Below, one piece after another: positions 36,396-49,499 of a DNA stretch of 64,000 nt. Source of the DNA: Sphyrna mokarran (taxonomy: Eukaryota). Made by a program: the position numbers and the translations under genes. Location of the stretch: assembly GCA_024679065.1 (NCBI GenBank), contig JAGIQG010000040.1, positions 9,176,001 through 9,240,000 on the forward strand, given 5' to 3'. Below the pieces are notes generated by a model. The model was not told the DNA's origin and did no database searches. It was given only the letters and a program-made list of their open reading frames with translations. Positions within the stretch are counted from its first letter, which is position 1; each line of letters starts with the position of its first letter.

Positions 36396-36620
36396 ATGAA
36401 AATGCCGCATTAATGAACGGGCAATAATCATTTCTCCCTTCGATATTTGCCAGACGAATGCTTTTAAATTTTGATGTTCAAGATAAGTTGTACAATCAGA
36501 TTGAAAGTAAAGATTATGTTCCTGAATTAAGTGAGATGGGCTCTAACCGTTGGAACCTGCAGCAACACAGCGTAGTTGAACATTGCAGGTCGGCAGGATT
36601 GCTGTTTCTTGCTTCCAAAT

Positions 36621-36690
36621 GTTTCTGTAATGTAGTTTTTATCACTTCCATCCAACACGCGAAAGTTTCCTGATTCAAAACTGTTTCTAG
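36621..36690 (+). pseudogene. tRNA-Val pseudogene
   Basis: Degenerate copy of the 36979 gene inside a ~355-bp tandem duplication. Confidence 0.75.
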
Positions 36691-36978
36691 TACACGCAGT
36701 AGTTTGCTTTTATTGCTGAGTACAATTGATTGAGATTGTTCAAAGTAAGATCAGAATGACCCATTAATGAATGGGCAGAAATCACTGCTCCCTTGGATAT
36801 TTGGGAGACGAACACTTTTAAATTTGGATGTTCGGGATAAAGCTGCAATCAGATTCAAGTAACGGTTACCTTCCTGAATTCAGTGACATGGGCTCTCAGT
36901 CTAACCATCAGAACCTGCAGTAACACAGCGGAGTTGAACATTGCAGACAAGCAGATTTGCTGCAACATGCTTCAAGCT

Positions 36979-37051
36979 GTTTCTGTAGTGTAGTGGCTAT
37001 CACGTTCGCCTAACACGCGAAAGGCCCCTGGTTCGAAACCAGACAGAAACA
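36979..37051 (+). tRNA. tRNA-Val (AAC)
   Basis: 73 nt with perfect acceptor stem GTTTCTG/CAGAAAC, anticodon arm TTCGC-CTAACAC-GCGAA and TTCGAAA loop; one T-stem mismatch. Confidence 0.85.
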
Positions 37052-37129
37052 TTCATTAGGCTTTCCCATGTCGAGTAAGGAGAAAGCTGTTTGTTGCTCA
37101 AAATTATCCGAACCTCGATGTTAAAGGCA

Positions 37130-38755
37130 TATTATCTTCTCTCTGACTTCACCCTCAAATGATTTCTGTGAAATAAGGAACACTTTTTATTTGATGCACT
37201 AACGGGAAAGATCGATTTTGACACCGAGAACATATTCGCATCTCGTTCAGTCTACAACAGAATTTAATGGGTTTATGGGTGCAGACTAATATGGTTAATC
37301 ACCATCTGAAATATCTGATAGTAGTGTGTGCTCAGTAGGACAGATACAAGTGATACTGTAAGTGAGCTGGAGGAAATGGCGCACATTTCAAAGGAAAATC
37401 TTTTCTAAATCGTTTTTCAGCACTCAGAAACAGGAAAAACCATTCTGACAGATGAGGTAATCGATACTCAGTGCGGACCTACTTGATTTTCCTATAAAGG
37501 AATTTATGTGTCTGAATGTTACACGCCCATAACAAAAAAAGGCTCAAAAGTCACCAACAGATAATACTTAAATCACTTCCAGTTTGAACTAGTTGATTTT
37601 TTTTTTAAGAAAAACTGATTCTGCTGAATGTTAAAGTTGTGATCTGTATTACCCGGTGACTCGATTCATTTTGTTGGCCAGTTATGTTTACAATTTAGTG
37701 ATGTTCAATTTGAGACATAAGCCATTTGATAATGAAGACGTATTTGTTCAATAATAGATTGATACTGAATATTGAAACAAATACTGTGCACAATTGTACA
37801 ATGTGCTTTGACAAACTTTCATCTCGACTCGAAACGTCAGCTCCTTTCACTCCTTATAGATGCTGCCAGTCCTTGTGAGACTTGCTATGATCCTTAAAGA
37901 CATGTTATCATTGCTCTGACTTCACCCTCAAATGCTTTCTGCGAAATGAGATACGCACTTTTTGACACACTGACAGGAAAGTTCGATTTTGACACCGAGC
38001 ACATATTCGCATCTCGTTCAGTCTATAACAGAATTTAATAGGTTTATAGGTGCAGATCAATATGGTTAATCACCATCTGAAATATCTGATAGTAGTGTGT
38101 GCTCAAAAAGACAGATACCTGTGATACTATAAGTGAACTAGGGGAAATGGCGCACATTTCAAAGAAGAATCTTTTTTTAAAATCGCTTTTTATCACTAAG
38201 AAACAGGAAAAGTCATTGAGACAGACGAGGGAATCGAGACTCTGTGCGAAACTTCTGGATATTCCTGTAACGGGCCGGAATTTATGCGCCTGAATGTTTC
38301 ACATCCATAATAAAAAAGGCTCAAGGGGCACTAACAGATAATTCTTGATATTCCTCCATTTAAATGGAGTTGACTTCTTTTAAAGGCTGACGATATTCAA
38401 TCTCAGAATTGCAGTCTGTATTACCCGTTAATTGGGTTCGTTCTGTTGGTCAGTTATGTTTTCAATTCACTGATGCTCAATTTCAGAGGTATTCAATTCA
38501 TAATGAAGACATATGTGTTAAATAATACATTGATACTAAATATTGAAACGAATTTTGAGTACAATTGTACAATGAGCTTTCATAAAGGGTCATCAGGACT
38601 CGAAATATCCGCCTTTTCACTCCTTACAGGTGCTGTTCAGATAGTGTGAGATTTTGTACCATTTTCTCTTTCACCATCCGCAGCAATTTGCTTTTATTTC
38701 TGAGATATTTGGTTGTGGTTATTCGAAGAAAGATGAAAATGATGCATTATTGAAT
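37130..38755. repeat. ~775-bp tandem duplication
   Basis: ctctgacttcaccctcaaatg at 37141 and 37914; an inverted relative lies at 52690-54030. Confidence 0.85.
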
Positions 38756-38814
38756 AGGCAGATATCATTGCTCTCTTATATATTTGGGAGATGGAAGCTT
38801 TAGCTTACCAGGCA

Positions 38815-38887
38815 GCCGAAATAGCTCAGTTGGGAGAGCATTAGACTGAAAATCTAAAGGTCCGTGGTTCGAACCCGGGTTTTGGCA
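38815..38887 (+). tRNA. tRNA-Phe (GAA), possibly defective
   Basis: GCCGAAATAGCTCAGTTGGGAGAGC...CTGAAAA...; A at position 37 and a G:G mismatch in the T stem. Confidence 0.8.
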
Positions 38888-38904
38888 GGGTGCCTTGGTG
38901 TACG

Positions 38905-40747
38905 AGTCATAAAGAAGTCCTTGGTGGTTCGAATAAAAGCCAAGGCTTTTCACTCTTGTGTAAGAAATAAAAGAATGATCAGGATGAGGTTAGGGCCAGT
39001 CAAGGATAATAGTGTGAAATTGTGCATGGAGTCAGAAGGGATAGGTGAGGCGTTGAATGAATACTATTCTTCAGTGTTCACTAAGGAGAGGGGCCATGTT
39101 TTTGAAGATAAGTGCGTGATACAGGATGATAGGATCCAGGAAGTAAATGTTCTGAGAGAAGATGTATTAGCAATTTTCAAAAGCCTGAGGGTCGATAAGT
39201 CCCCCAGACCAGGTGGGATACACCTTAGGATACTTTGGTTGGCAAGAGATGAGACTGCAAAGACTTTAGTTTTGATCTTTGGTCCTCACTATCCATAGGG
39301 ATAGTACCAGAGAGTTGGAGAGTGGCAAATGTTATTCCCCTTTTCAAGAAAGGAAATAGGAATGTCCCTCGTAATTATAGGCCAGTTAGTCTTACTTCAG
39401 TGGTCAGTAGGATAATGGAAAGGGTCCTGAGAGATAGGATTCATGACCATTTTGAAAGCTTCAGTTTAATCCGGGATAGTCAGCACAGTTTTGTGAGGGG
39501 CAAGTTCTGTCTCACAAATTTGATTGAATTCTTTGAGGACGTAACTAAGTGTGTGGACAAAGCTAGATTTATTGATGTGGTACACATTGATTTTAGTAAG
39601 ACGTTTGATAAGTTTCCTGATGGTAGGTTCATGAAAAAGGTATGGAGGGGTTAGATAGAAGGAAATTTGGCCAATTGAATAAGTAATTGGCAGTATCAAA
39701 CAAGACAGAGAGTGGTGGTGGAGGGAAAATTTTCAAACTGGAGGCCAGTTACCAGCAGTGTTCCACAGGGGTCAGTGCTGGGTCCTCTGTTTTTTTGTGA
39801 TTTTTTTCAATGACTTGGAATAAGGGGTTGAAGAGTGGGTTAGTAAATTTGCTGATGACACCAAGACCATTGGAATTGTGGATGATGTGAGGGCCCTCGC
39901 AGGCTGCAAAGAGACATTGATAGGATGCAGAGCTGTGCTGGTAAGTTGTAGATGAAGTTTAAATCTGATAAATGTGAGGGTATTCATTTTGGAAGGACAA
40001 ACTGGAATGCAGATTACAAGGTCAACAGCAGGGTTCCGAGCAATGTGGAGGAAAAGAGAGATCTTGGGTTTTCATATCTAGAGATCTCTGAAGGTTGCCA
40101 CTCAAGTATATAGAGCTGTGAAGAAAGTTTATAGTGTGCTAGCTTTATTATCAGGAGTTTGAGTTTAAGAGCTGTGGGGTTATGCTATATCTATGCCGGA
40201 TGTTGGTGAGACCTCATCTGGAATATTGTGTTCAGTTCTGGTTACCTCACTATAAGAAGGATGTGGAAGCATTGGAGAAAGTGCAGAGGAGATTTACCAG
40301 GATGTTGCCTGGTTTGGAGGGTAGGTCTTATGAGGTAAGGTTGAGGGAGCTGGGGCTTTTCTCTTTGGAGTGGAGGAGGATGAGAGGCGACTTAATAGAG
40401 TTTATAAGATGATGAGAGGGATTGAGAGAGTGGACGTGCAGAGAATATTTCCTCCAGTGGATGTAGCTGTTACTAGGGTGCATAAATATAAGGTTCATGG
40501 TGGGAGATATAGGAGGGATGTCTGAGGTGGATTCTTTACTCAGAGGATGATTGGGTAATGGATTAGACTGCCTGCTGTGATCCTGCAGTCGGACACTTTA
40601 GGAACTTTTAAGTGGTTATTAGATAGGCACATGAAGCACTCCAGAATTATAGGAAGGGGATAGCTTGCTCTTGGGATTTGACATAGCTCGGCACAACATT
40701 GAGAGCCGAAAGGCTTGTGCTGTGCTGTAATGTTCTTTGTTTCTATG
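38905..40747 (+). mobile_element. Degenerate CR1 LINE (duplicate of 33705-35550)
   Basis: RT motifs in broken ORFs; tail gttctttgtttctatg. Confidence 0.9.
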
Positions 40748-40931
40748 TTTGCCAATGGTGCAATGTGGAGGTACGAAACAATGAGTGAATCTGTTTGTTC
40801 ACCGGCCTGTAACTAAGGTGCAGGTTCTAACTTAATTATTCCTCTGGAGACGCTCACTCAGAATAAATGTGGGACACAATGAAACCACCGCAAAGCTCAG
40901 GTTTAAACTTCATTTCACTTTCTAGGAGAGG

Positions 40932-43043
40932 ATGCATGGACCAGTGAAAGGTATCTTCTTCGCCATTTCTTATCCCATTCTCGCTGCTATTGGTGTTCCC
41001 GGTAGGTGAATGATCCCGAATACTTCTCATGACTTGAAATATATTGCGTTGCATAAACATTAACCTTTTATTGATAAACATTTGGTTTTACTTGAATGTA
41101 GTAAAGCGTGATCCAATGTTTTCATTATTGTGCCAAATAAAGCGTATAAAGTCATCTGTATTTCATCCACCGGTATGCACAATCTCAGAAAATGAACTAT
41201 TGCAATCTAGTAATTCAATTAGACGCATTGACGTAGAACATCAGTGGATTCATGAATCTATGCTGCGACCACCAGCAGTTCATAATCGTTGATTAGTTCT
41301 GAGCACTGGGCTTCCACATTGTTACTGAGGTTTTAAGAATTAATTATGGAAACTTTTGAAAATATGTGGGAGTTATGCATTTGCATTTTATCTTGTGTTA
41401 GTAAGTCTGGTAAATGTCGGATAATTATATTTTAATCACTAACTGTATGCATGTAGATACGGCAAGAAAATGTCTTGTCCATCTCCAGCTTTCATTTGAG
41501 AAGGCGATGAGGCGTTTGTTTCTTCGGACACTCGGATAAGTAGAATGGGGATACTTCACAAGATTTTAACCAATCAACTTTATACTGACAGACAAAATGA
41601 CTTAGAATTGTTCAATGAATTTACTTTTCTGAGCATCGTCCTGAAGCACAAAGGGAAAGTGTAGTCTTTGAAAGAAGGAGTTCCAGAGATTAGGGTCTCG
41701 GCAGGTAAAGGAACACTGAAAATCAGGGGCATTGAAGTCCACATCAGAGATATGGTGTGATCTCAGATAGTTGTAGCATGTTAAGAAAATCTAAAAATGT
41801 GAGATGTTGGAGGGGTTTAAAATTTGAAGGGCGAGGTTATAAAAACAGAAACGAATGGGGTTTAATAGGCTGATGGATGGATGCGATTAGTAGCAATAAG
41901 AATAATGACAACAAATTTTCGGAAATCTGAAAATTGATAGAGTGGATCAATTCAGAGATCAGAGAGCAGAGTTGCAATTTGGACTGATTGCCCTAATTCA
42001 AAATAACTAAATTGCCAAGACTTTCCAATCACTGGAGTCTGGAGTTGGCAAAGTGAAGGATGAGGTTGTTCTCAGTAACTGATTGGACAGTGCAGTAGTT
42101 GGTGTTTACAGCCCTCTCAGTAACACCTCTCTCTGTCTGTTTCTATCTCACAGCAAACTTGGTGACCATCGTAATCTTGTCCCGAGGACGGTGCGGACTG
42201 TCACGGTGCATCACCTACTATCTTATCGCGATAGCATTGACTGATTTCCTTGTCATCATCACTGCCGTAATCCTCAACCGGATTGGCCGCATCTACTTTC
42301 AGAACAGCGTCCTGTCAACCACCCCTGCATGTACATTCAGCAATCTGCTGGTCTATTTTACCCGGGATTCATCCGTCTGGTTGACAGTGGCTTTCACCAT
42401 CGACCGTTTTGTGGCCATCTGCTGCCAGAGGCTGAAGACCAGATACTGTACCGAGAGAACAGCATTGCTGGTTATAGGAATAGTCTGCATCCTGAGCTGT
42501 GTCAGGAATGTCCCTTTCTACTTCGCTTACGAGCCCTTGTACACTCTGGACGGGGTGCCCTGGTTCTGTGCTTTTAAGTCCAGTTATTACACACTGCCCG
42601 CCTGGCAGGCATTTGACTGGCTGGATAGCATCTTAACTCCATTTCTCCCGTTCTTCCTCATCCTGCTTCTTAATGCTCTGACCGTAAAACACATCTTAGC
42701 GGCCAGCAGAGCTCGCAGGAGACTCCGGGGCACGGAGAGTCACGGGGACCCAGAGATGGCCAACCGCAAGAGGTCCATCATCCTGCTCTTCGCCATCGCC
42801 CTCAGCTTCCTCCTCCTCTGGGTCACCTTTGTCATACACTTCCTCTATGTGATGATTACAGGTGAGGGCTACCGCACCAGCCTGGATTTCAAAGACCCAC
42901 GGTACATCTTTCAGGAAACAGGGAACTTGCTTCAGGTAGCCAGTTCCTGCAACAACGTCTTCATCTACGTAGTCGCTCAGGCCAAATTCCGAGAGGACCT
43001 GAAGAAGGTTCTGCTATGCCCCTTCACCAAGCTCACTGGCTAA
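40932..43043 (+). CDS. GPR139/GPR142-like class A GPCR, copy B (319 aa; exons 40932-41001 and 42154-43043)
   Basis: Exon 1 MHGPVKGIFFAISYPILAAIGVP with gtaggt donor; acceptor ctcacag; 7TM, DRF; ~93% aa identity to copy A. Confidence 0.9.
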
Positions 43044-44258
43044 GAGACACATGAGCACGTGCTTGGGTTTCATCAACTTAGACCAATGTGTATTCCGTCT
43101 CTCTGGAATCAGACACTATTTGGCTTTAGATACAGAACTTAGGAGATGTAAGGCCCGTAACACAGTGCTCACAGCTACTGTTATTACTCTGAATGAATGC
43201 TGAGTTACCACAGTTGCTTACTTCCTGGAAGAGATAATGTAGTGATGGAGATTTCCAGCATTGAAGGAGGCCCTTCGGCCATATAACACCTATCTAATCA
43301 CATTCCATTTTGCAACAGTTGTTTCGCTCCCTTGCATGGTCCAATGTTTCAAGTGTTCATCTAAATGCTTCTTAAGGGTGAGGGTTCTTTCTCCTGCCGT
43401 ACTTTCTGGCAGTGAGTTCTCAATTCCCACCATTTTCTAGGTTAACGAGTTTTTGTTTTGTTCTTTTTTTCCGTAAATCCCCTGTCAATATCATGCTCCT
43501 ATCCTTAGATCCATGCCCCTGGTTATTGACACCTTTATTAAGGGTAATGGTTATTCTCATCTGGCATCTCCCTCATATTTTGGTACAAATCAGTGCGGCC
43601 CCTCTCATTCTTCTCAACTTTAAGGAAAATAACGCCAGCCTATCCAGCTTCTTTTCATCGCCGCAAATTTCAGCCCAGGCAGCATCCTGTTTAATGCCCT
43701 TAATATCCTTTCTAATAGAACCACATCTGCATGTGTAGTGAACTGAACCCTCGAATGTGTAGTGATTCGAACTTATTCCCTTAGTTAAAGTGGTTCGGCA
43801 CCATTACCATCCTAATGAACCTGCACATGGTACACTAACCGTGGCATAATGGGAATTTTATACGGCTCCAGCTGTCACAATTCTATCACTTTTCATCAAT
43901 ACCTCTACTAATAAAGGCAAGTACACCATGTGAACTCTTATCACTTCATCTGACCAGCTGCTTTCACGGATCTTTGGATATGGACCACAAGGACTCTATG
44001 TTCTTCCGTACATCCAAACATCCTGCCATTCATTCTGCCTTCCCATGACTTGTCAGCTGTCCCGCCGTTACACTTTTGAGAGTCATTTTGTAGACCTCTA
44101 TAACATCACCACTCACCCTCCTGCGCTCCAGAAAAGTCCCGGTTTATCCAGTCGCTCCTCATAACACACAACATCAAGTCTGGCACCAATATCACTCATG
44201 TTTTCGATCAGGAAGCAACACCAACTCCACATAAATCATGTGCTGCAAGAAATCTTCA

Positions 44259-44324
44259 TTCCCTGCCTGGGAATCCAACCGCTGCGGTGAATGCGCCGAA
44301 TCCTAACCAATGGACACCAAGGGT
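44259..44324 (-). pseudogene. tRNA-Glu (TTC) pseudogene
   Basis: Minus strand ...tggttaggattcggcgcattcaccgc...ggattccc..gcagggaa, with an internal deletion. Confidence 0.7.
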
Positions 44325-44440
44325 GCCTTCAAGATTTTTGAATCTAATCTATGTTACTGGCGTTTGTTTCTATTTCAACATTTCTTTATATATACCAGCG
44401 GCAACTCTGTCTGCGGATTAGAAGAAATGCTTCTAAATAT

Positions 44441-45020
44441 GAACAAATTTACTGCAAATTCTGGAGTCTGAAAGAAGAACTTAACATGCTGGAAAACCTC
44501 AAAAGACCTGAAAGCACCTGTGAAGGGAAAATAGAGCTAACATTCAAAGTCCGGATGACACTTCATCAGAGCTGAAGACAAAGGCATTTATTTATACTGT
44601 GATGGTGAGGGATACTTGTTGGATTGGTGGCGAAGACTCACATATAAATACAAAAACAAGCGGCATTTAAATGGTAGTGAGAATGGCTAAAAAATATGTT
44701 GTTGGTTGTCTATTAGGAGATCAGAATGTGTAAATGGCAGGACAAAGAAAGTGTAAGAGAATGTCCGAGTGGGGTGGAGGGAGAGGGGGCAACAAGATAG
44801 AAAGCGAGATTTTAAATAAACAATGTAAAATGGAAGTTATGAAAACATATAATGGTAAAAAATGAATAAATAAGCTGTATGAAATGAAGCAAACTAACAA
44901 GAAATTGGGTGAAGCTGGAGAAAAAGAGATGCTCTGAAGTTGTTCAATGCATTGTTCAGTCCGGAACGCAGTAAGTACCGAATCGGGATATCGGGTGATG
45001 TTGCCCCAGTTTCCATTGGG
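44441..45020 (-). mobile_element. Penelope-like element 3' fragment
   Basis: Minus strand encodes a degenerate GIY-YIG C-terminus (QWKLGQHHPISRFGT...GLNNALNNFR), followed by the terminal repeat also seen at 990-1220. Confidence 0.65.
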
Positions 45021-45933
45021 GAACCTCTTGATACTATTGCTTATTGCCTCTTCCATCACATTACTAGTGATCAAGAGTAGGCTGATGGTTATTGGTGGTG
45101 TTAGATTTGAACTGATTTTTGTAAAGTGGGCAACCTTGGGCAAATTGTATCATTGGTGGTTAGGTGCCAGTGCTATAGCTGAGGAACAGCATAGCAAAGG
45201 TTGCGGCAAGTTCTAAAATTCAATTCTTCTGCATCAATTGCCAGAATATTTTTCAGGGCTGTAATGCTTACTCTTTCCAATGCTTCCAAGTTTGTTTTTT
45301 TTTCGCCTTCTTGAAAACCGAAGGAATGGTGAACCGTACATGTTCCATTCATTGACTACCCCACTCTGCCTCTATATTTATCTCCTTTTCTTTGGACATC
45401 TGCTTTGGTCTTTCCCTCTTTCAGTCCAACTATCTATTTCCCTCTTTTGTTTTCGTTCCTTCTATTCTCTCCCTCGTTTTATAGAATTAAGTTTCATTGA
45501 ATTGATTCCTTAAATGAGGCGATTGTTGAGCTGGGGATCCGTCTTGATTTTAAATGGCGGAAGAGACTCAATGTAACATGTGATCTAATTCAACTGCTTT
45601 GATCCTGTTCAAAGCCAATGCCAGTTCCTATTGCAATGACCCCTGCTGATGTCGTTGATGGGGAGAATATGTTTAGGATAGCGATATTTGTGGAGGAATA
45701 GGATCAAATCTCACTCCTCCTCACCCGACTGTCAAATTTTCACTTAAGTTACGTTAAACGTTATGAGCACATTTGGCCAACATGTGATTACTAGAATTGA
45801 ATGCAATAGAATGAATCATCATTCATTTTGATTGGAAGAACCAGCAGAAACCATGCAAAACGAGTAACTGGCGGTCTTGAAATGAGTTTAGATGTTCCAC
45901 CAGTTAACCGAATCTGCATTCATGCATTGCCTT

Positions 45934-46004
45934 GTTTCTGTAATGTAGTGATTATCACGTTGGCCTCTTGTGCAAGCTCCCGATTTGAAAACCTGGCGGA
46001 AACA
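45934..46004 (+). pseudogene. tRNA-Val pseudogene
   Basis: gtttctgtaatgtagtgattatcacgttggcct...ggcggaaaca; anticodon arm destroyed. Confidence 0.7.
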
Positions 46005-46689
46005 TTCCCAAATGATTCTGATTTCAGAATTGTTCTCGTTTCGCACGAAAGATTAATTGAGCTGATGAGGTTTTTTTTGGCATTTAAGACAGAATCACAC
46101 AGTGGAGAAAATACAAGAGAAAGTTTGTGAAAGCGAGCAAGACAGGATGGATTATCTGACACAGTGAATGATGGACAAGAACAGCGTGATTGCTTCCCAT
46201 TAACTTTAAACACTGCTGCTTTCCCGGGTGAACTTCAGTTCTGCATTCCTCCAGCAGTATCACAGTTCAAGCTGAGGTTTCTTCTCTCCCGCTTTGTTAA
46301 TCTCACAATTACTGCTTTCTGAATGAAGTTAAATAATTTAATATTTAATAGAGTGAGAAGTTTTCTTGACATTTAGCCCGAGAATTTCATCCAGAAATGA
46401 GTGACATTTCTGTCAGTGTACACGGTTAAATCTGACCTGTTACCGCGCAGTTTTTTTTTTACCTTGAATCACCGTCAACATCGTCAGAGCTTTGCATCCT
46501 ATCACTGCCTTTCACTATCTGTGTTTGTTCTCAGCCTGTTGCCCATGTGACATCTCCAGTTCGGAAGCAAAAGCTCAAATTTTCACTCCACTGATGCTGA
46601 CAGAATTGCTTTCGATCAGGAAGCAATTCAGCATTGCTTATCAAAAACGTTATTTGTTCATATATCAAAACCAGCCTGCGAACCTACAA

Positions 46690-47420
46690 GGGCCGAATAC
46701 AAATCACTAAAGCACCAAAATACTAGGGCGTTTAGGAAAATTACAAAACATCGAGATCCAGGGGTACACGGACAGAGCTCATTGAAAGTAGAGTTACAGG
46801 TGGACATGATGGTGAAGAAGGTATTCGACATGCTCAGTTTCATTGGTGAGGACATTGACTACAGGCTTTGTACTAGACATTGGAATACTGTGTACAGTTC
46901 TGGGCACTTTATTATAGGAAAGATATTATTAAATAAGAAAGAATGCAGAAAACATTTACGAATATGCTCCTGGGACTTGATGGTTTGAGTTATAAGAAGT
47001 GTTTGGATAGGCTTTTTTTTTTCCAGAGTGCCTGAGGCTGAGTGACTATCTTATAGAGATCTATAAAGTAATATGGGGCATAGATCAGTTAGATAGTGCA
47101 TATCATTTCCCAACTGCATTGGTATCTAAATCTAGAGGGCATAGGTTTAACTTGAGAAGGGAGAGTTATAAAAGAGTCCACAGGTATATTTTTTTCACAC
47201 AAAGAGTCGTGAATCTCTGGAACAAGCTGCCAGAGGTAGAGGTGCAGGTGAGTATAATTTTGTCTTTTAAAGAAACGCTATGACAGCTACATGAGTGAAA
47301 TGGTTATCGACGATATGGGCCAACCGCGGGCAATAGGAAACATTTCACTAGTTTAAAAAGGGTGACATAGATATGATGGGCCGAAGGATCTGCTTCCATG
47401 CAGTAGAACTCTGTGACTGA
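46690..47420 (+). mobile_element. CR1 LINE 3' fragment
   Basis: Degenerate ORF2 C-terminus and a gggccgaagg tail; its 3' half is duplicated at 30290-30696. Confidence 0.75.
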
Positions 47421-48974
47421 ATCACTTTGTTTTATCTTAATGATTCTCTCAGATACAGATTACAGATGAGTCAGCCTCCGATTTAAATGGATGAAGGAGA
47501 TATCATTATGCTGTGTTGTAAAATGCGATTGGCTGAGCAACTTATCAGGAATTATTATTGCTGTATGTTTACAGAACGTAATTGATTTTTTAAACTAATA
47601 TGAGGCGGGAATGATCGGTAAGAACATCTATAATTGATCTGTTATTGATTGTACACGTCAGATTCATTGGAAAGTTCCTGCCGCTGTATTCCAGAGCCAC
47701 TTAACCTTTTCTGTCATCTCCGAGCAGCTGTTTGTTGTGTCTTTGTTTTAAATAAATATTACGTCTTTATACAGAGATATTTGCCTCGTGAGTTTTATAT
47801 TGTCTGTCGTTGTGTTGGTCACCTCAAATTATCCCACAACACTCGCCATAATTTGGAAATTTGAAGTTTATTATGTGCTAATGTGAAATACGCCTCAATC
47901 TCTTGGTTTCACCTCATGGTTTGCACCTCCGTTCTGTATGTGTTCTCTATTTAGTTTGTGGTATGCCTGCCTCCATTAGAGGTAGACCATTAGAGAATCT
48001 GATATATTTCTTGTCACGGCCGCAATTACGGAAACGGCCTTTAAAGTCAAAATTGCAGTTGTATTTTAAAACTTTTGCAGTTTCATTTAAATATATACCT
48101 TGAGAAATTTGCCAACCTCGGAATTACTCTCGCAGAGATATTACCACTGTGCCACTGTCTCCTTTTCAACATTGATAAAGTACTTATAGCAGAGAAGAAG
48201 ACTTTTTGAAGCGTCATGTGTATGTAGGCCCTCTAAATGAGTAATTCATCCAATAACACTCTATCTCACAGTTTAGCATTTTGTTCATTTTCAGACAATT
48301 ATCCAATCCCATTTTGAAATCATTAATTGGCGCTGCCTGCACTACACTCTCAAACAGCACATTTCAGACTTGCATCACCCACTGCCTGAAAACGTTTTTC
48401 GTGATGTCTCTATGCTTCTTTCACCAAATTACTTCAACCTGGTCTCTCTGTGCCATGATTCTTCTGCCATAGAACAGTTTCCCTCTAACTACTCTGTCAA
48501 GACCCCTCAGGATTGTGGATGCCTCATTAAAGGAAATTAGTCCGAATCTTTCCAAAATATATTCGTCACTGAAGTTTTTGATCTTTGGAATTATTCTCGT
48601 GTTTTTTTCTCTTGCATCCAGTCTACTGATTTTACATTCTGCCTTACGTTCGGTGTTCAGAATTGGATCCTTTATTTTCGTTTGACTATTTTCCACGTGT
48701 TTTCTACGCATTTAGCACAACTTCCTTGCTCCTGTATTATTTCCCCCAAGGGACAAAAACTATTCACTTTTTAATTTACCGCTGTCTCAACATGTCTTGC
48801 ACCATGAATGATGTATGCACATATTCACTCAAGTCCCTTGGCGTCTATGTTCATGTTCGTAGCATTTTCATCGTTTCCATTTGTCTCTTCACATTCTGCT
48901 TAACGAAACTAATCATGAAACGTTCCTCTGTAATAAACCAAATATCCAAATTGCTCGCCCATTCCACCAATTAG

Positions 48975-49260
48975 ATCAAAGAACAAAGAACAAAACAGCA
49001 CGGGAAACAGGCCCTTCGGCCGAACGAGCCCGCGCCGCCACCCTGATGTTCCTATCTCTACCCGCGATCCCTGTCCATGATTATCGATCTATGGATTTAA
49101 AAACCAAATTTGAGACAATTTAGGGAGAATGTGTTTTGCCAATTAGCCTAAGAGCACATCTTTGGGATGTGGGAGGAAACCGGAGCACCCGGAGAAAACC
49201 CACGCAAGCACGGGGAGAATGCGCAACTCCCACAGACACAGGCCCAAATCCATGTATCTG
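48975..49260 (-). mobile_element. V-SINE (HE1-like)
   Basis: V domain cacatctttgggatgtgggaggaaaccggagcacccggagaaaacccacgc and a LINE-type tail. Confidence 0.85.
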
Positions 49261-49499
49261 CACAGCACAGCGATAGTCACTGACTGTCGTATTGCCCATC
49301 AGAAGGTTCAGGTCAAGCATACGCTAACAACGTGAAGCAGTAGGATACTCTCGAAAAAGATCCAAGAGCAGTCCTCTCACGACCCATCGCGTGTATGCCC
49401 CTCGTTAGACAACAAGGCGGACCAAAGCACCTGTAGGATAAAAACAAGTACATCAATATCATCATTATCTATTTACACACTTCCCAGGGACTCCCAAGG

